A stretch of DNA of 64,000 nt. Origin: Gammaproteobacteria bacterium (GTDB taxonomy: Bacteria > Pseudomonadota > Gammaproteobacteria > JAKDMP01). Shown here in pieces: positions 1 to 10,315 of this stretch; position 1 is the stretch's first letter, and each line of letters opens with the position of its first letter. Under the pieces are notes generated by a model. It was not told where the DNA came from. It saw only the letters and a program-made list of their open reading frames with translations, and did no database searches. Where the stretch lies: assembly GCA_027018875.1 (NCBI GenBank), contig JALUYA010000032.1:26567-90566 (forward strand), in the 5' to 3' direction. The position numbers were made by a program, and so were the translations under genes.

Positions 1-172
1 CGGCGCCGACAAGGCTGATCCCGCCGACGATCGCCAGTGAGCCGGCAATCGCCACTTTATCGGGCTGGCCCAGCAGATAGACCAAGATCGGAACCGTTAG
101 AATCGAGCCGCCCGAACCCAGCAACCCAAGGCTCAACCCGACCACAATGGCGCCCAGCCAGGCGAGAATCAT
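1..172 (-). CDS. TauE/SafE family sulfite exporter, N-terminal part (runs off window start)
   Basis: Not in the ORF track. Manual translation from ATG at 172 gives [50 protein letters not shown], the typical TauE GLxGxGG..VP..Y start. It begins 13 bp after the ArsR stop. Confidence 0.85.
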   Translation of the reverse strand, partial: MILAWLGAIVVGLSLGLLGSGGSILTVPILVYLLGQPDKVAIAGSLAIVGGISLVGA

Positions 173-185
173 CGCTTACCGGTCT

Positions 186-512
186 TCAAAATTCGGATGA
201 ATCGGTCAAGGGGCAGTACAGTTCATGCAGCAGGGTCAATATACGCCTTACTTTCTCGCTTTTTATCGAATAATAGACGCTTTGAGCTTCCCTGCGCGTG
301 CGCACCAGCCCGTCGCGGCGCAACAACGCCAAATGCTGAGAAAGTGCGGACTGGCTGATACTGACCCGCCGATTGATGGCTCCCACCGAAAGCTCGCCAT
401 CCACAAGATGGCACAAAATCAACAGGCGGACCGAATTGGCCAGCATTTTCATTAAAATCGCCGCATCATCGGCGTGTACGAGCATGTCCTGAAAAGTGCC
501 CTCCCGTGGCAT
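186..512 (-). CDS. ArsR/SmtB family repressor, BigR/SqrR/YgaV-like (persulfide-sensing type)
   Basis: LKMLANSVRLLILCHL...SQSALSQHLALLRRDGLVRTRREAQSVYYS HTH; Cys in helix 2 (ILCHL) and in the C-terminal ELYC. Start could be 551, 512 or slightly downstream. Confidence 0.88.
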   Translation of the reverse strand: MPREGTFQDMLVHADDAAILMKMLANSVRLLILCHLVDGELSVGAINRRVSISQSALSQHLALLRRDGLVRTRREAQSVYYSIKSEKVRRILTLLHELYCPLTDSSEF

Positions 513-715
513 TCCATCACCACGAATCCCTGCTGAAGCAAGATTGTGCATAAGTCACTATCCCCGACTAACATCCAAAAGTATATTAGCTTTCTCTTGA
601 AGAAAGGTTTCACTTGCCCCCACGGAACACGGACGAACCGGCCACAGAGGCCGTTGGCGCCCGGATAAACCTCGTTGATTTCCCGCCCCCGGTAGACCGG
701 TGGACACGGAAGTAA

Positions 716-1000
716 TCACCCGCATACGCTGTCGCCGATCACCCCTTGCAACAACCCGAAAAAGGCCTGGGCAGCCTGGAGCAGGCCTCGTTGCATTATT
801 TTATCCGGTAAAAGGGCCGTTGGATGGCCAACTCCGATACCGACCGTCACCAGGTGTTTGATGGCCTCCGTGCCATCCGAATAGAAAGGATTTGCACACG
901 CCACCCCCCGCTCTCTTAACCGGGATTCAAACCACCTGACGGGTTCCAGGTTCGGGTTCGCGCAAGATAAAGGGCACGACGGCAAGGTGGCCGCAAGTCC
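716..1000 (-). pseudogene. LysR-type regulator C-terminal remnant (CysL/YeiE/CbbR-like), frameshifted
   Basis: One frame reads VPFILREPEPGTRQVV* (LysR PFILRExGSGTR motif). A shifted frame continues ESRLRERGV...TEAIKHLVTVGIGVG...AAQAFFGLL. No HTH seen. Confidence 0.7.
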
Positions 1001-1240
1001 AGGGCCCCACACCGGGTAGTGCATCATCTGTTCAGCAATTCGGCCTGAACCCCGGGGCGGACATGACTCTTCGGCCGAACCCAGGATTCTCACTGATCCG
1101 AAAGTTACACGTTGCGGAAAGCGGAACAAAACCGACGGTTGACACGCCCGCGGTCACCCCCTGAAAAACACCCGGTTCTGGCAACGGACACTTTTTTATC
1201 CTACCATGAGACCACCCGCATGGCTCTTCGGACACCGATT

Positions 1241-1882
1241 ATGAACCCCTATGACCGTTTCCTCTTGCCGCATCTCATCGACTGGGTCTGTGCCTTGCCG
1301 CAACTGGGGCGCGAACGCGAGCGCATCGTGCCGCGGGCGGACGGCAAGGTGCTCGAGGTCGGCATCGGCAGCGGACACAACCTGGCTCATTATCGCCGCG
1401 ATCGGGTGGCGATGCTGACCGGAATCGATCCCGGTGCCCTGCGTCATCAAACCGAAAAACGGGCACTCAAGGCCCATATTCCGTTAGAACTTCTCCCCCT
1501 GTCCGCCGAGTCCATACCCGTCGAAGCGGAGAGTTTCGATACCGTAATCAGCACCTTCACCCTGTGCTCGATACCCAGAATAGACCGGGCACTGGAGGAA
1601 ATGCACCGGGTGCTGAAACCGGGCGGCCGATTCCTATTCCTTGAACACGGCGCCGCGCCAGAGCCCGGAGTCCGGCGCTGGCAGGATCGGCTGACCCCAT
1701 TGTGGAAACCGCTCGCCGGCGGCTGCCATCTCAACCGTGAGATCCCCGAACTCATCCGCGACGCCGGCTTCGAGATCCTCGAACAAAGCAGCCGTTATCT
1801 CCAAGGCCCCCGGATATTCGGCTACATTTATCGCGGTGAAGCCAGGGCGGCGCCGGCAACACCGGGAACACGGAACGGATAA
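1241..1882 (+). CDS. Class I SAM-dependent methyltransferase
   Basis: VLEVGIGSG motif I, SFDTVISTFTLCSI, RVLKPGG, GGCHLNR; start placed at MNPYDRF. Confidence 0.85.
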   Translation: MNPYDRFLLPHLIDWVCALPQLGRERERIVPRADGKVLEVGIGSGHNLAHYRRDRVAMLTGIDPGALRHQTEKRALKAHIPLELLPLSAESIPVEAESFDTVISTFTLCSIPRIDRALEEMHRVLKPGGRFLFLEHGAAPEPGVRRWQDRLTPLWKPLAGGCHLNREIPELIRDAGFEILEQSSRYLQGPRIFGYIYRGEARAAPATPGTRNG

Positions 1883-1950
1883 GCGGGAGGCCGCCGCCCG
1901 GGCATCCGTCGCTAAAGCGCATCGGTCCAGGACAAACCGCCGCACCCCCG

Positions 1951-2646
1951 TCACACCTCCAGCCATTCCCGGCGAACACTTTCCTGGGAAAGAAAGTCCT
2001 TCGGTGTACCACTGAACACGATCCGCCCGTGGCCCATGACCAGGACCTGGTGGGAAATACGCAAAGCGATTTGCAGCTTTTGCTCCACGAGAAGGATCGC
2101 CACGCCTTGCCCGGCGATCCTCTCAAGCAACATGCCGACCTGTTCGACCATCTGCGGGGCCAACCCTTCGGTCGGTTCGTCGACCATGACCAGGTCGGGA
2201 TCGCCCATCAGCGTGCGGCATATGGATAACATCTGCTGCTCTCCGCCCGACAAAACACCTGCCGGCGTTGCGGCGCGTTCTCTTAAGTTCGGAAAGAGAT
2301 CAAAAGTCGCCTGGACCGACCACCGCCCCTTCTGGTGCTTGCGCTTCATGCCAATGAGAAGGTTTTCGTGAACCGTCAGGGTCGGGAAAATATTTCGCCT
2401 CTCCGGCACGATTCCTATCCCCCGGCGGGCGATCTCATAGGGCGGAAGCCCGCCGATCTCCTGGTTCTTGAAGCGAATCGAGCCGGCCACTCTTACCATG
2501 CCCATAATGGCCTTGATGGTCGTGGAGCGCCCGACACCGTTCCGCCCCAAGAGGCTGACAACCTCGTTCTCGCCAACCGTAAGATTCACCCCTTGGAGAA
2601 TGTGACTCTTGCCGTAATAGGCGTGAAGATCAGTGACTTGCAGCAT
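1951..2646 (-). CDS. Branched-chain amino acid-type ABC transporter ATPase (LivF-like)
   Basis: GRNGVGRST Walker A variant, LSGGEQQM signature, VDEPTEG Walker B. Confidence 0.9.
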   Translation of the reverse strand: MLQVTDLHAYYGKSHILQGVNLTVGENEVVSLLGRNGVGRSTTIKAIMGMVRVAGSIRFKNQEIGGLPPYEIARRGIGIVPERRNIFPTLTVHENLLIGMKRKHQKGRWSVQATFDLFPNLRERAATPAGVLSGGEQQMLSICRTLMGDPDLVMVDEPTEGLAPQMVEQVGMLLERIAGQGVAILLVEQKLQIALRISHQVLVMGHGRIVFSGTPKDFLSQESVRREWLEV

Positions 2647-3412
2647 GTGCCGATGTTTCCTGTTCCGCTGTCGAGCCCAGGTAGGCCCGCCGCACGGAGA
2701 CGTTGTTGCGAATCTCATCGGGCCCGCCCGTGGCAATGACCTCGCCGTAGACCAGAACGGAGATGCGATCCGCAAGACCGAAGACCACCTCCATGTCGTG
2801 CTCCACGATAAGCAGGGTCTTGCCTGCGGTCACGCGGCGGATGAGTTGAACCGCCTGTTCGGCCTCGGCCCGGCTCATACCCGCGGTGGGTTCATCCAGC
2901 AAAATAACGTTCGGCTCACCCGCGATGGTTATGCCGATCTCCAGCGCCCGCTGATCGGCATAGGAGAGCTCGGCACCGCTGACATCGCGCTGGGCGCCGA
3001 GGCCGATAATTTCCATCAATTCGGTTGCCCGTCTCCCGACCTCGGGCAGGCGCTGGATGCGGCGCCAAAAGTTATAACGATAGCCCAGGGACCACAGGAG
3101 CGCACAACGCAAGGTTTCGTATACCGTCAGGCGGGGAAAGATATTGATGACCTGAAAACTTCGGGCCAGCCCGGAACGCCGGATCCGGTAGGCGGAGTGG
3201 CCGGAGATATCTTTCCCGTGGAGGAAAACATGGCCCCCGGATAACGAGAAGCGGCCGCTGATGAGGTCGAACAGCGTCGATTTTCCGGCCCCGTTCGGCC
3301 CGATGATAGCGTGCCGCTCCCCGTGGCACACATCCAGGTTGACCCCACGGATAATATGCGCGAGACCAAACCTCTTGTTCACATTTTCCAACCGGAGGGC
3401 AGGAGGGCTCAT
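2630..3412 (-). CDS. ABC transporter ATPase (LivG-like)
   Basis: GPNGAGKST, LLDEPTAG, VEHDM, C-terminal AYLG; ATGA overlap with the upstream permease. Confidence 0.9.
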   Translation of the reverse strand: MSPPALRLENVNKRFGLAHIIRGVNLDVCHGERHAIIGPNGAGKSTLFDLISGRFSLSGGHVFLHGKDISGHSAYRIRRSGLARSFQVINIFPRLTVYETLRCALLWSLGYRYNFWRRIQRLPEVGRRATELMEIIGLGAQRDVSGAELSYADQRALEIGITIAGEPNVILLDEPTAGMSRAEAEQAVQLIRRVTAGKTLLIVEHDMEVVFGLADRISVLVYGEVIATGGPDEIRNNVSVRRAYLGSTAEQETSAHAASH

Positions 3413-4719
3413 CCAGTATCCCCGTCCGCGCGGCTTGCAAGCGCCTGGGCGGCCTTGATCTCGACGGTGATCCGTTCCCAGGCACATCGCGCACGCGCGA
3501 CTCCAGGGCGCGCGCCGAGAAACGCGCCGGCCGTTACGGCGGCGCCGATCACCCAAGTCCAAACGCTGTGGTCATCGAACGCAAGGCCCATGAAGGTAAA
3601 CGACTGCGTCAGGAATATCTGCGCACCATGAAGCGCGTAGCCCATCTGCACCAGGAAGACCAGTCCCAGGAGGAAAACCCCGCCCGGGACGGCGACGAGA
3701 AGATAGGCCGGCAGCAAGTGATGGAGTTTGCGGTAGCGCATGGCCGGCGCATGCATCTTGAGCAGGCCGGCGATTCCGTCTGGAGCATAAATAACGATGA
3801 ACACGAACAACAAGCCAAGATAGAGTTGCCAGGCGTTCGTGTAGTTGCTGAGCTGGATTTGCATGAAGCTCAGGATGACCGCGCCGATAACCGGCCCGAA
3901 AAATATCGTCGTGCCACCGATATAGGCCATTATGATGACCTCTCCGGAGAGGACGAATCCCAAGGCATCCGGGGCAACGATTCCGTTTGTAATCGCCGCC
4001 ATACCCCCGGCGACGCCCGCGAAAAACCCGGCCAAAGTATGCATGCGTACCCGGATCTGGTAGGGGCTATAACCCATGAACTCCACGCGTTCCGAATTGT
4101 CGCGAACGGCGGTCGCCATTTGCCCGAGCGGCGTGTTCGTGAAGAAATAGATGAGGGCGACACAAACCACGCACCATGCCGCCATCAAGTAGTAAATTTC
4201 CAGGGGGCTGGTGAGCGTAAGACCGAACAGGTGCGTGCCGCCGGCCGGATTGCCGGCAAGCCCGCCGTCGCCGCCGAACCAGTGGCGCAGTATCAACGCC
4301 AGGGAGCCCATGAGAATCCCGATTCCGAACGAGATCATGGCAAAGCCGAGGCCCGCCCGCCGGACGGAGATCACCCCCAGCACGAACCCGAAAAACAATC
4401 CGGCCACGCCGCCAAGCAAAGGCGTCAGCTCCACCGGATAGGGAATGCGGGAGACGGCAAAGTAATTGAGCGCATGCACCGTAAAATAGGCACCGAGGCC
4501 ATAATAGACGGCATGGCCGAACGACAGCAGCCCCGTCTGCCCGAACAGGATGTTGTATGAAAGGGCGAACACGACGGCGACCGCCATCAGGCTAAGCACG
4601 GTAAGCGCGGCGTTCGAGTTAAAAACCCATGGCGCGGCGGCTAGGCTTACGACAAAAAAAGCCCCTGGGCCCAATCCTTGCGGCAACGACAAGCCTCGCG
4701 TGTAAGCACGATCCGCCAT
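3409..4719 (-). CDS. ABC transporter permease (LivM-like)
   Basis: GQTGLLSFGHAVYYGLGAY, AVRDN, multiple TM helices. Confidence 0.9.
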   Translation of the reverse strand: MADRAYTRGLSLPQGLGPGAFFVVSLAAAPWVFNSNAALTVLSLMAVAVVFALSYNILFGQTGLLSFGHAVYYGLGAYFTVHALNYFAVSRIPYPVELTPLLGGVAGLFFGFVLGVISVRRAGLGFAMISFGIGILMGSLALILRHWFGGDGGLAGNPAGGTHLFGLTLTSPLEIYYLMAAWCVVCVALIYFFTNTPLGQMATAVRDNSERVEFMGYSPYQIRVRMHTLAGFFAGVAGGMAAITNGIVAPDALGFVLSGEVIIMAYIGGTTIFFGPVIGAVILSFMQIQLSNYTNAWQLYLGLLFVFIVIYAPDGIAGLLKMHAPAMRYRKLHHLLPAYLLVAVPGGVFLLGLVFLVQMGYALHGAQIFLTQSFTFMGLAFDDHSVWTWVIGAAVTAGAFLGARPGVARARCAWERITVEIKAAQALASRADGDTG

Positions 4720-4727
4720 GGCGTTAC

Positions 4728-5669
4728 TCAGGTTTTCACCTTCCCCATCAAGCCCTGCGGGCGAAAGACCAGGATCAAGATCATGAGCAGATAAGGCATG
4801 ATGGCGGCGAGCTGCGACAGGGGTTGGTTCAGGAGTTCATAGAAGGGGGCATGCGCCCCCATGGAAAGCCCGGCCAGGCCCGCGAGCGACACGTTCAGCG
4901 TCATCATGTAGTTTTGCAGAAACCCGATAAGGAGAGACGCCGCGAGCGCGCCGGTGAACGATCCCATACCGCCGATGACAACGACGACGAAAGTAATGGG
5001 AAGGAGGGAAAGGGCCATGCCGGGCTCGGTCACGAGAATGTTGCCCCCAACGACGCCCGCCACGCCGGCGAGCGCGCAGCCGATGCCGAACACGAGCGTA
5101 AATATCTGCGCGATGTTGTGCCCCAGCATGCCCACCATGTCCCGGTCGCCCAGCGCGGCCTGGATGATGATGCCGAGACGCGTTTTCTTGAGCAGCAGAT
5201 AGAGCAATATGAAAATGGCGACCGCTACGGCCATCATAAAGACATTGTAGGCGGGGTAGGAAACTCCGGCTATCGAGAAAATGGGAAAATCGAGACTTCG
5301 TGGAATACCGTAATTTACGGCGTTGACCCCCCAAGCGAGCTTGACCGCCTCGAGAATTAGGTAGCTTAACCCGAAAGTCAGCAGGAGTTCGGCCACTTGT
5401 CCCCGCATGTGCACCTTGTTCAGCAGATATCGCTCGACGGCGGCACCTAATAATCCGACAAGAAGAGGCGCGAGGAAAAGAGCGACCCAATAATTGGTCC
5501 ACACCATGAGTTGGAACCCGAGATACGCACCCAGCATGTAGAAGCTCACTTGCGCGAAGTTGAGCACACCCATCATGCTGAAAATAAGCGTAAGGCCGCT
5601 GCTGAGCAGGAAGAGCAGCAGGCCGTACATCAACCCATTCACCAGAACGAAGATGGTGGTGTGCAGCAC
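4728..5669 (-). CDS. ABC transporter permease (LivH-like)
   Basis: GLTLIFSMMGVLNFAQ, VVVVIGGMGS, RPQGLMG. Confidence 0.9.
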   Translation of the reverse strand: MLHTTIFVLVNGLMYGLLLFLLSSGLTLIFSMMGVLNFAQVSFYMLGAYLGFQLMVWTNYWVALFLAPLLVGLLGAAVERYLLNKVHMRGQVAELLLTFGLSYLILEAVKLAWGVNAVNYGIPRSLDFPIFSIAGVSYPAYNVFMMAVAVAIFILLYLLLKKTRLGIIIQAALGDRDMVGMLGHNIAQIFTLVFGIGCALAGVAGVVGGNILVTEPGMALSLLPITFVVVVIGGMGSFTGALAASLLIGFLQNYMMTLNVSLAGLAGLSMGAHAPFYELLNQPLSQLAAIMPYLLMILILVFRPQGLMGKVKT

Positions 5670-5808
5670 GGTTCAGCCCCCGCCGGTACAAACCGCCGCT
5701 CGGGGCGGCACCCCCTGGCGATAGGTTCGGAGTCCCGGTTGCGGTGCGGCCCCGGCGGATACCGGGGTCTCGATACCGGGCACCTTCATGACAATCGGTT
5801 TCCCCCGG

Positions 5809-7161
5809 TCACTGTCCGGTGTTGTCGTAATACGCGTTATACAGCACCGCAGCCTTCGGCCGCACCATGTGGCAAGAGCTCGGCAGCATCATGCTGATCG
5901 CCGGGATACGCCCGACGGCCCTCCACTGCATATCGGTACCTTGCAGGTAGGGCTTCACGCCCTTCTCGAGAATCGACAGATACATGGGCATAACCGCGGC
6001 GTTGTTGTCGGCGCGCATATAGACATCGCCGACCGGCGAATCGTAGTGCATTCCCTCGAGATGCAGGGCAACCCGGGTTGGATCGTCGGTCCCCGCCTCT
6101 TCGATGGCCTTGGCCAGCATTCCCGTGAGATACACTTGGGAGCCGTAGTACCAGTCGGTGTGATACTCGGCCTTGAACTCCGTCGCGAGCCTGGTCTCCG
6201 AACTCTTGACCGTCGCCACCCACGGGGTGATCTGCATGATGCGGCCCGCACCGATATCGCCGATCGCCTGGGGAGTGCCGGGCATCCCCGCATAAAACGT
6301 GAAGAACCGGATGCCCGTAAGCCTGGCTTGCCCGGCCGCCTTCCCCAGCAGTGCCATGTCGGCCCCCCAGTTCCCGGTGATGACCGCCTGCGCTCCCGAC
6401 TGTTTTATCTGGTAAACGAAGGGAGTGTAGTCCTTGACCTTGCCGATCGGCGTAAACAGGTCACCAACGATTTTGATGTCCGGCCGTGCCCGCTGCAGCA
6501 TCTCCCTCGCCGCCTCGTCCACCGCGTGACCGTACGAATAATCCATGTTAATCAGAAAGACCTTATGAATTTCCTTCTGAGACTTTATGTAACTCACCAG
6601 GGCGGCCATCTTCATATTCACGTTGGCGTCGAAATTGAAGTGGTAAAAACCGCAGTCGCCGTTGCTCAACCCGGGATCGATCGAGGCGTAATTCAGATAC
6701 AGAATCTTGTCTTTGGGGTGGTTCCGATTATGCTTCTTGAGCCAATGAACCAGGGCAAACGCAACATTGGAGCCGAGACCTTGCACCAGGTAGTGAATGC
6801 CCTCATCGGCGGCTTTCTCGGCATCCAATTGCGCCACAGCGGGACTTACCTTATCGTCGAAGAGAACGAGCTTAAGCTTATAGCGCCCAAGTGCCCCGGA
6901 CCGGTTAACCTTCTTGACCATGAATGCGAGTTCCTGCGCATAGGCGATCCCGACCGGCCCAAAGGGACCGGAAAACGGATCGATCAAGGCAACCGGGATG
7001 ACCTTCGCCGCGGCCTGCGCCGAGCCCATCAGTTGAAGAGCCAAGATAATGGCCGCCGCTACGCCGGCCAGCGACAACCTGCAGCGCCTTCCGAGTGCGG
7101 GCCAAGCTTTCCGCGCGGCGGCGCTTATCCCGACAGTAGCTTGGAAACGAATCTCATCCAC
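5809..7161 (-). CDS. ABC transporter substrate-binding protein (LivK-like, periplasmic binding protein type 1)
   Basis: Signal peptide ending AQA, IDPFSGPF, DYSYG, TGNWGAD; first gene of the operon; start uncertain. Confidence 0.85.
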   Translation of the reverse strand: MDEIRFQATVGISAAARKAWPALGRRCRLSLAGVAAAIILALQLMGSAQAAAKVIPVALIDPFSGPFGPVGIAYAQELAFMVKKVNRSGALGRYKLKLVLFDDKVSPAVAQLDAEKAADEGIHYLVQGLGSNVAFALVHWLKKHNRNHPKDKILYLNYASIDPGLSNGDCGFYHFNFDANVNMKMAALVSYIKSQKEIHKVFLINMDYSYGHAVDEAAREMLQRARPDIKIVGDLFTPIGKVKDYTPFVYQIKQSGAQAVITGNWGADMALLGKAAGQARLTGIRFFTFYAGMPGTPQAIGDIGAGRIMQITPWVATVKSSETRLATEFKAEYHTDWYYGSQVYLTGMLAKAIEEAGTDDPTRVALHLEGMHYDSPVGDVYMRADNNAAVMPMYLSILEKGVKPYLQGTDMQWRAVGRIPAISMMLPSSCHMVRPKAAVLYNAYYDNTGQ

Positions 7162-7362
7162 CTCCTTCCGGTACAGTAATCGCCCCGCTCCACTGAACCG
7201 CTTACGAACATTCCCCCCACTTCTTTCGGCACCCGTTCCCGTGTAGCGGAGTAACCGCTGGGAATCAACCGGCAAGACGGTCACAACACGATCGAAAGCG
7301 GTTTAAGTTTAGAATGCCTTAAGCTCGGCGTCAATGCCGAAGAGGAAAATCATCCGTGCCAT

Positions 7363-8208
7363 TCACCGCCCCGGTTCAACCTCGAGGCGTAGCGAAAGGT
7401 CCAAGGCGCGAACGTTCTTGGTCAGGTCCCCGACAGAAATATAATCGACCCCGGTTTGGGCGATCTCGCGTACATTACCGAGCGAAACATTGCCCGAAGC
7501 CTCCAGCTCGGCCCGCCCGGCGGTTATGGCAACGGCCCGCGACAGGAGTTCGGGAGTGAAATTATCCAGGAGAATCCGGGCGGCACCGGCGGCGAGCGCT
7601 TGCGCCAATTCCCCCAGATTTTCCACCTCGACCTCGACCGGCACCCCGACCCCGGCGACCCGGGCAAGCGCCGCCCCGATACCGCCCGCCGTGGCGATGT
7701 GGTTTTCCTTGATCAGAATTGCATCGTACAGCCCCATGCGATGGTTGCCGCAACCACCGACCGCGACCGCATACTTCTGGGCGGCACGCAGCCCGGGAAG
7801 GGTCTTGCGGGTATCGATCACCTGAGCAGTGCTCCCCGCGACCGCCATGGCATAGCGCCGGGCAAGCGTCGCCGTACCGCAGAGCAACTGCAGAAAATTG
7901 AGCGCGGTCCGCTCGGCGGTGAGGATGGCGCGGGCCGGACCTTCCAGGACGCACAATATGTCATTTTTCGACAGGGCATCACCGTCGCTCCGGCACCAGC
8001 CGAGGCTGATCCCGGGATCGACCTGGTGGAATGCCGCCTGGGCCCAGGGGATTCCTGCCACAACCCCCGGCTCACGCGCAATAATGTGCCCCTTGGCGCG
8101 GGTATGTGCCGGCACCAGGGCCGCGCTCAGGTCTCCCGACCCGATATCCTCGGCCAAGGCCCGGGCAACGGTCCGGTCCGGATCGACGGGAGGGAAATGC
8201 TTGGCCAA
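7363..8208 (-). CDS. nadC: Quinolinate phosphoribosyltransferase
   Basis: ERTALNFLQ, DTRKTLPGLR, NHRMGLYDAILIKENH, LLDNF, EASG; TTG start after AGGAG. Confidence 0.95.
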   Translation of the reverse strand: MAKHFPPVDPDRTVARALAEDIGSGDLSAALVPAHTRAKGHIIAREPGVVAGIPWAQAAFHQVDPGISLGWCRSDGDALSKNDILCVLEGPARAILTAERTALNFLQLLCGTATLARRYAMAVAGSTAQVIDTRKTLPGLRAAQKYAVAVGGCGNHRMGLYDAILIKENHIATAGGIGAALARVAGVGVPVEVEVENLGELAQALAAGAARILLDNFTPELLSRAVAITAGRAELEASGNVSLGNVREIAQTGVDYISVGDLTKNVRALDLSLRLEVEPGR

Positions 8209-8302
8209 GATGCTCCTGCCGGAAACGAAACCGATGAATATAGTAAGTTGTACCGCCTCGCAACGACAACCAACCATTTAGAAACCCAGGAACGATCATC
8301 CC

Positions 8303-9652
8303 ATGAAAACCAGCCAGTTTGATCTTGTCGTGATCGGTGGTGGCAGCGGCGGAGTAGCCGCCGCAAACCGTGCGGCCACCTACGGCGCCCAGGTCGCCCT
8401 GATCGAGGCCGAGCGCCTCGGAGGCACCTGCGTCAACCGCGGCTGTGTGCCGAAAAAGCTCGCCTGGTACGCGGCCCGAACCGCCGCGGCGCTGCGCAAT
8501 GCCCCCGGATACGGTTTTCAGCCGGTAACGGCCCAGCACGATTTCAACGACTTGCGCATCGCCCGGGATAATTACATCATCCACCTCAACCGCCACTACG
8601 CCGAAGGGCTGGAGGCAAATGGCGTGCAGGTCTTCCGCGGCATGGGCCGGTTTATCGACGCCCGCACCGTTGCCGTAGGCCTCCGCCGACTCGAAGGGCG
8701 GCATATTCTGATAGCCACCGGCAGCCGGCCACGAATGTTGGCGGTTCCCGGAGGCGAACTGGCGCTGACATCCGATGGTTTCTTTACCCTGGAAAACCGC
8801 CCCCGGCGGGTGGCGATGATCGGCGCCGGGTTTATCGCCGCCGAACTCGGCGGCATCTTCGCGTCACTTGGCAGCCACGTGTGCATGTTCCTTGGTGGCC
8901 GTGAGCCCCTCGCCCACTTCGACCCGTTCATCGGCCGGGTTTTCCGCGAGGTGCTGGAAGCCCAGGGAGTAAACTGTCACCGCGACACCGTTGTCGGCCT
9001 GCGCCGCGAGAACGATGAATTCCTCGTGCTGGCCGACACGGGCCAGGTCCGCCGTTATGATGCCGTGTTCAATGCTATCGGTCGCGTACCGAATACGGCT
9101 GGACTCGACTTGGAAGCCGCCGGCGTACAATTCGATTCCTGGAACGCGGTAATGGTCAACCGCTACCAGACCACCAATATCGAGCACATCCATGCCGTCG
9201 GTGACGTGACCGGACGGGGCCACCAACTGACGCCGGTCGCCATCGCGGCGGGCCGCCGGCTCGCCGAGCGCCTGTTCGGCGGGATGCCCGGGCGTCACCT
9301 GGATTACGAGTGCATCCCTTCCGTGGTTTTCAGCCATCCACCGGTCGGAACCGTCGGCCTCACCGAGCCGCAAGCCCGAGAACGGTTCGGCTCCGAGGTC
9401 AAAAGCTACAGCCACCGCTTCACTCCCCTGGCCGATGCCCTGACGCCGCACCGCCGGCTCGCGGCGATTAAATTGATTACGGTCGGTGCCGAGGAGCGGG
9501 TCGCCGGAATTCATGCCCTGGGGGAAGGGGCAGACGAAATGCTTCAGGGATTTGCCGTGGCAATGCGCATGGGCGCGACCAAGCGCGACCTGGACGACAC
9601 CGTGGCCATCCACCCCACCAGTGCCGAGGAACTGGTAACTCTGCGAGGATGA
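8303..9652 (+). CDS. gor: Glutathione-disulfide reductase family enzyme
   Basis: GGGSGG FAD site, [13 protein letters not shown] redox disulfide, C-terminal HPTSAEE. Confidence 0.9.
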   Translation: MKTSQFDLVVIGGGSGGVAAANRAATYGAQVALIEAERLGGTCVNRGCVPKKLAWYAARTAAALRNAPGYGFQPVTAQHDFNDLRIARDNYIIHLNRHYAEGLEANGVQVFRGMGRFIDARTVAVGLRRLEGRHILIATGSRPRMLAVPGGELALTSDGFFTLENRPRRVAMIGAGFIAAELGGIFASLGSHVCMFLGGREPLAHFDPFIGRVFREVLEAQGVNCHRDTVVGLRRENDEFLVLADTGQVRRYDAVFNAIGRVPNTAGLDLEAAGVQFDSWNAVMVNRYQTTNIEHIHAVGDVTGRGHQLTPVAIAAGRRLAERLFGGMPGRHLDYECIPSVVFSHPPVGTVGLTEPQARERFGSEVKSYSHRFTPLADALTPHRRLAAIKLITVGAEERVAGIHALGEGADEMLQGFAVAMRMGATKRDLDDTVAIHPTSAEELVTLRG

Positions 9653-9810
9653 GCCGGAGGCTTGCCGTGGACGGCCTGGAAACCGAGGCCGGAACGGCTC
9701 AAAGGCGCTTGCCTCGATTGTGCCGGCCCGGTACCAAAATTCAGGCGCGGACGGTCCTCGGACTTCTCCCGCCGCGTGAGTGCAGCGTTATCAACGCTGG
9801 AGCCCGGATA

Positions 9811-10314
9811 TCACTTTTGCCACGACTGAAACTCGATGATATTCCCCTCCGGATCACGCAGGTAGCACCAGGTTACCCGGGATCCGGTCGCCGTCTCCAG
9901 CGTGACAATCTCGCCGACGGCGGAGCCGCCCAGGTCCAGGACCGCCTCGCGGGCCGCGGCCACCGAATCGACCTCGAAGGCGATATGCCCGTAGCCCTTG
10001 CGGTTCACGGCCGGCAACTCCGCATCCCGCCCAGCCGTATAGGTGTAAATTTCCAGCGTGGGCCCGTGTTCACCCGCCCCGGGCAGGCGTAAATGGGCCC
10101 CGCGTAGCCCGGCGCCCGGCACCCCCGTTCCCGCCTCCAGCAGTGCGCCGGCATAATGGCGCGGCGGTGGCACCACCTCGCAACCCAGTAACCGGCGGTA
10201 AAAATCGGCCAATCGACGCCAGTCCGCAGCAACCAGGTTGACGTGTACAAACCGCGCCGCGGCTATCCGTGCCGGCTCATCCGCCGCGGGCCCGGCCCGT
10301 TCTTCTCGGCTCAT
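9811..10314 (-). CDS. VOC / glyoxalase family protein
   Basis: HVNLV...FY, LEIY, GYGHIAFEVD, YLRDPEGNIIE. Confidence 0.88.
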   Translation of the reverse strand: MSREERAGPAADEPARIAAARFVHVNLVAADWRRLADFYRRLLGCEVVPPPRHYAGALLEAGTGVPGAGLRGAHLRLPGAGEHGPTLEIYTYTAGRDAELPAVNRKGYGHIAFEVDSVAAAREAVLDLGGSAVGEIVTLETATGSRVTWCYLRDPEGNIIEFQSWQK

Positions 10315-10315
10315 C

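Noticed and set aside
1..40. Possible + strand gene end ([12 protein letters not shown])
   Set aside because: The minus strand encodes a clear TauE N-terminus over the same bases
716..1129. 137-aa ORF as an intact gene
   Set aside because: Only its 3' part is LysR-like and the upstream LysR motif lies in another frame, so it is treated as a pseudogene
7125..7157. Short ORF MRFVSKLLSG* after AAGGAGG at the binding-protein start (leader peptide or frameshifted start)
   Set aside because: The Shine-Dalgarno spacing is very short, and the main frame already gives a usable start and signal peptide
5788..7179. 463-aa + strand ORF
   Set aside because: Antisense shadow of the substrate-binding protein; no motifs
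9649..10092. 147-aa + strand ORF overlapping the gor stop
   Set aside because: Mostly antisense to the VOC gene; no recognisable domain
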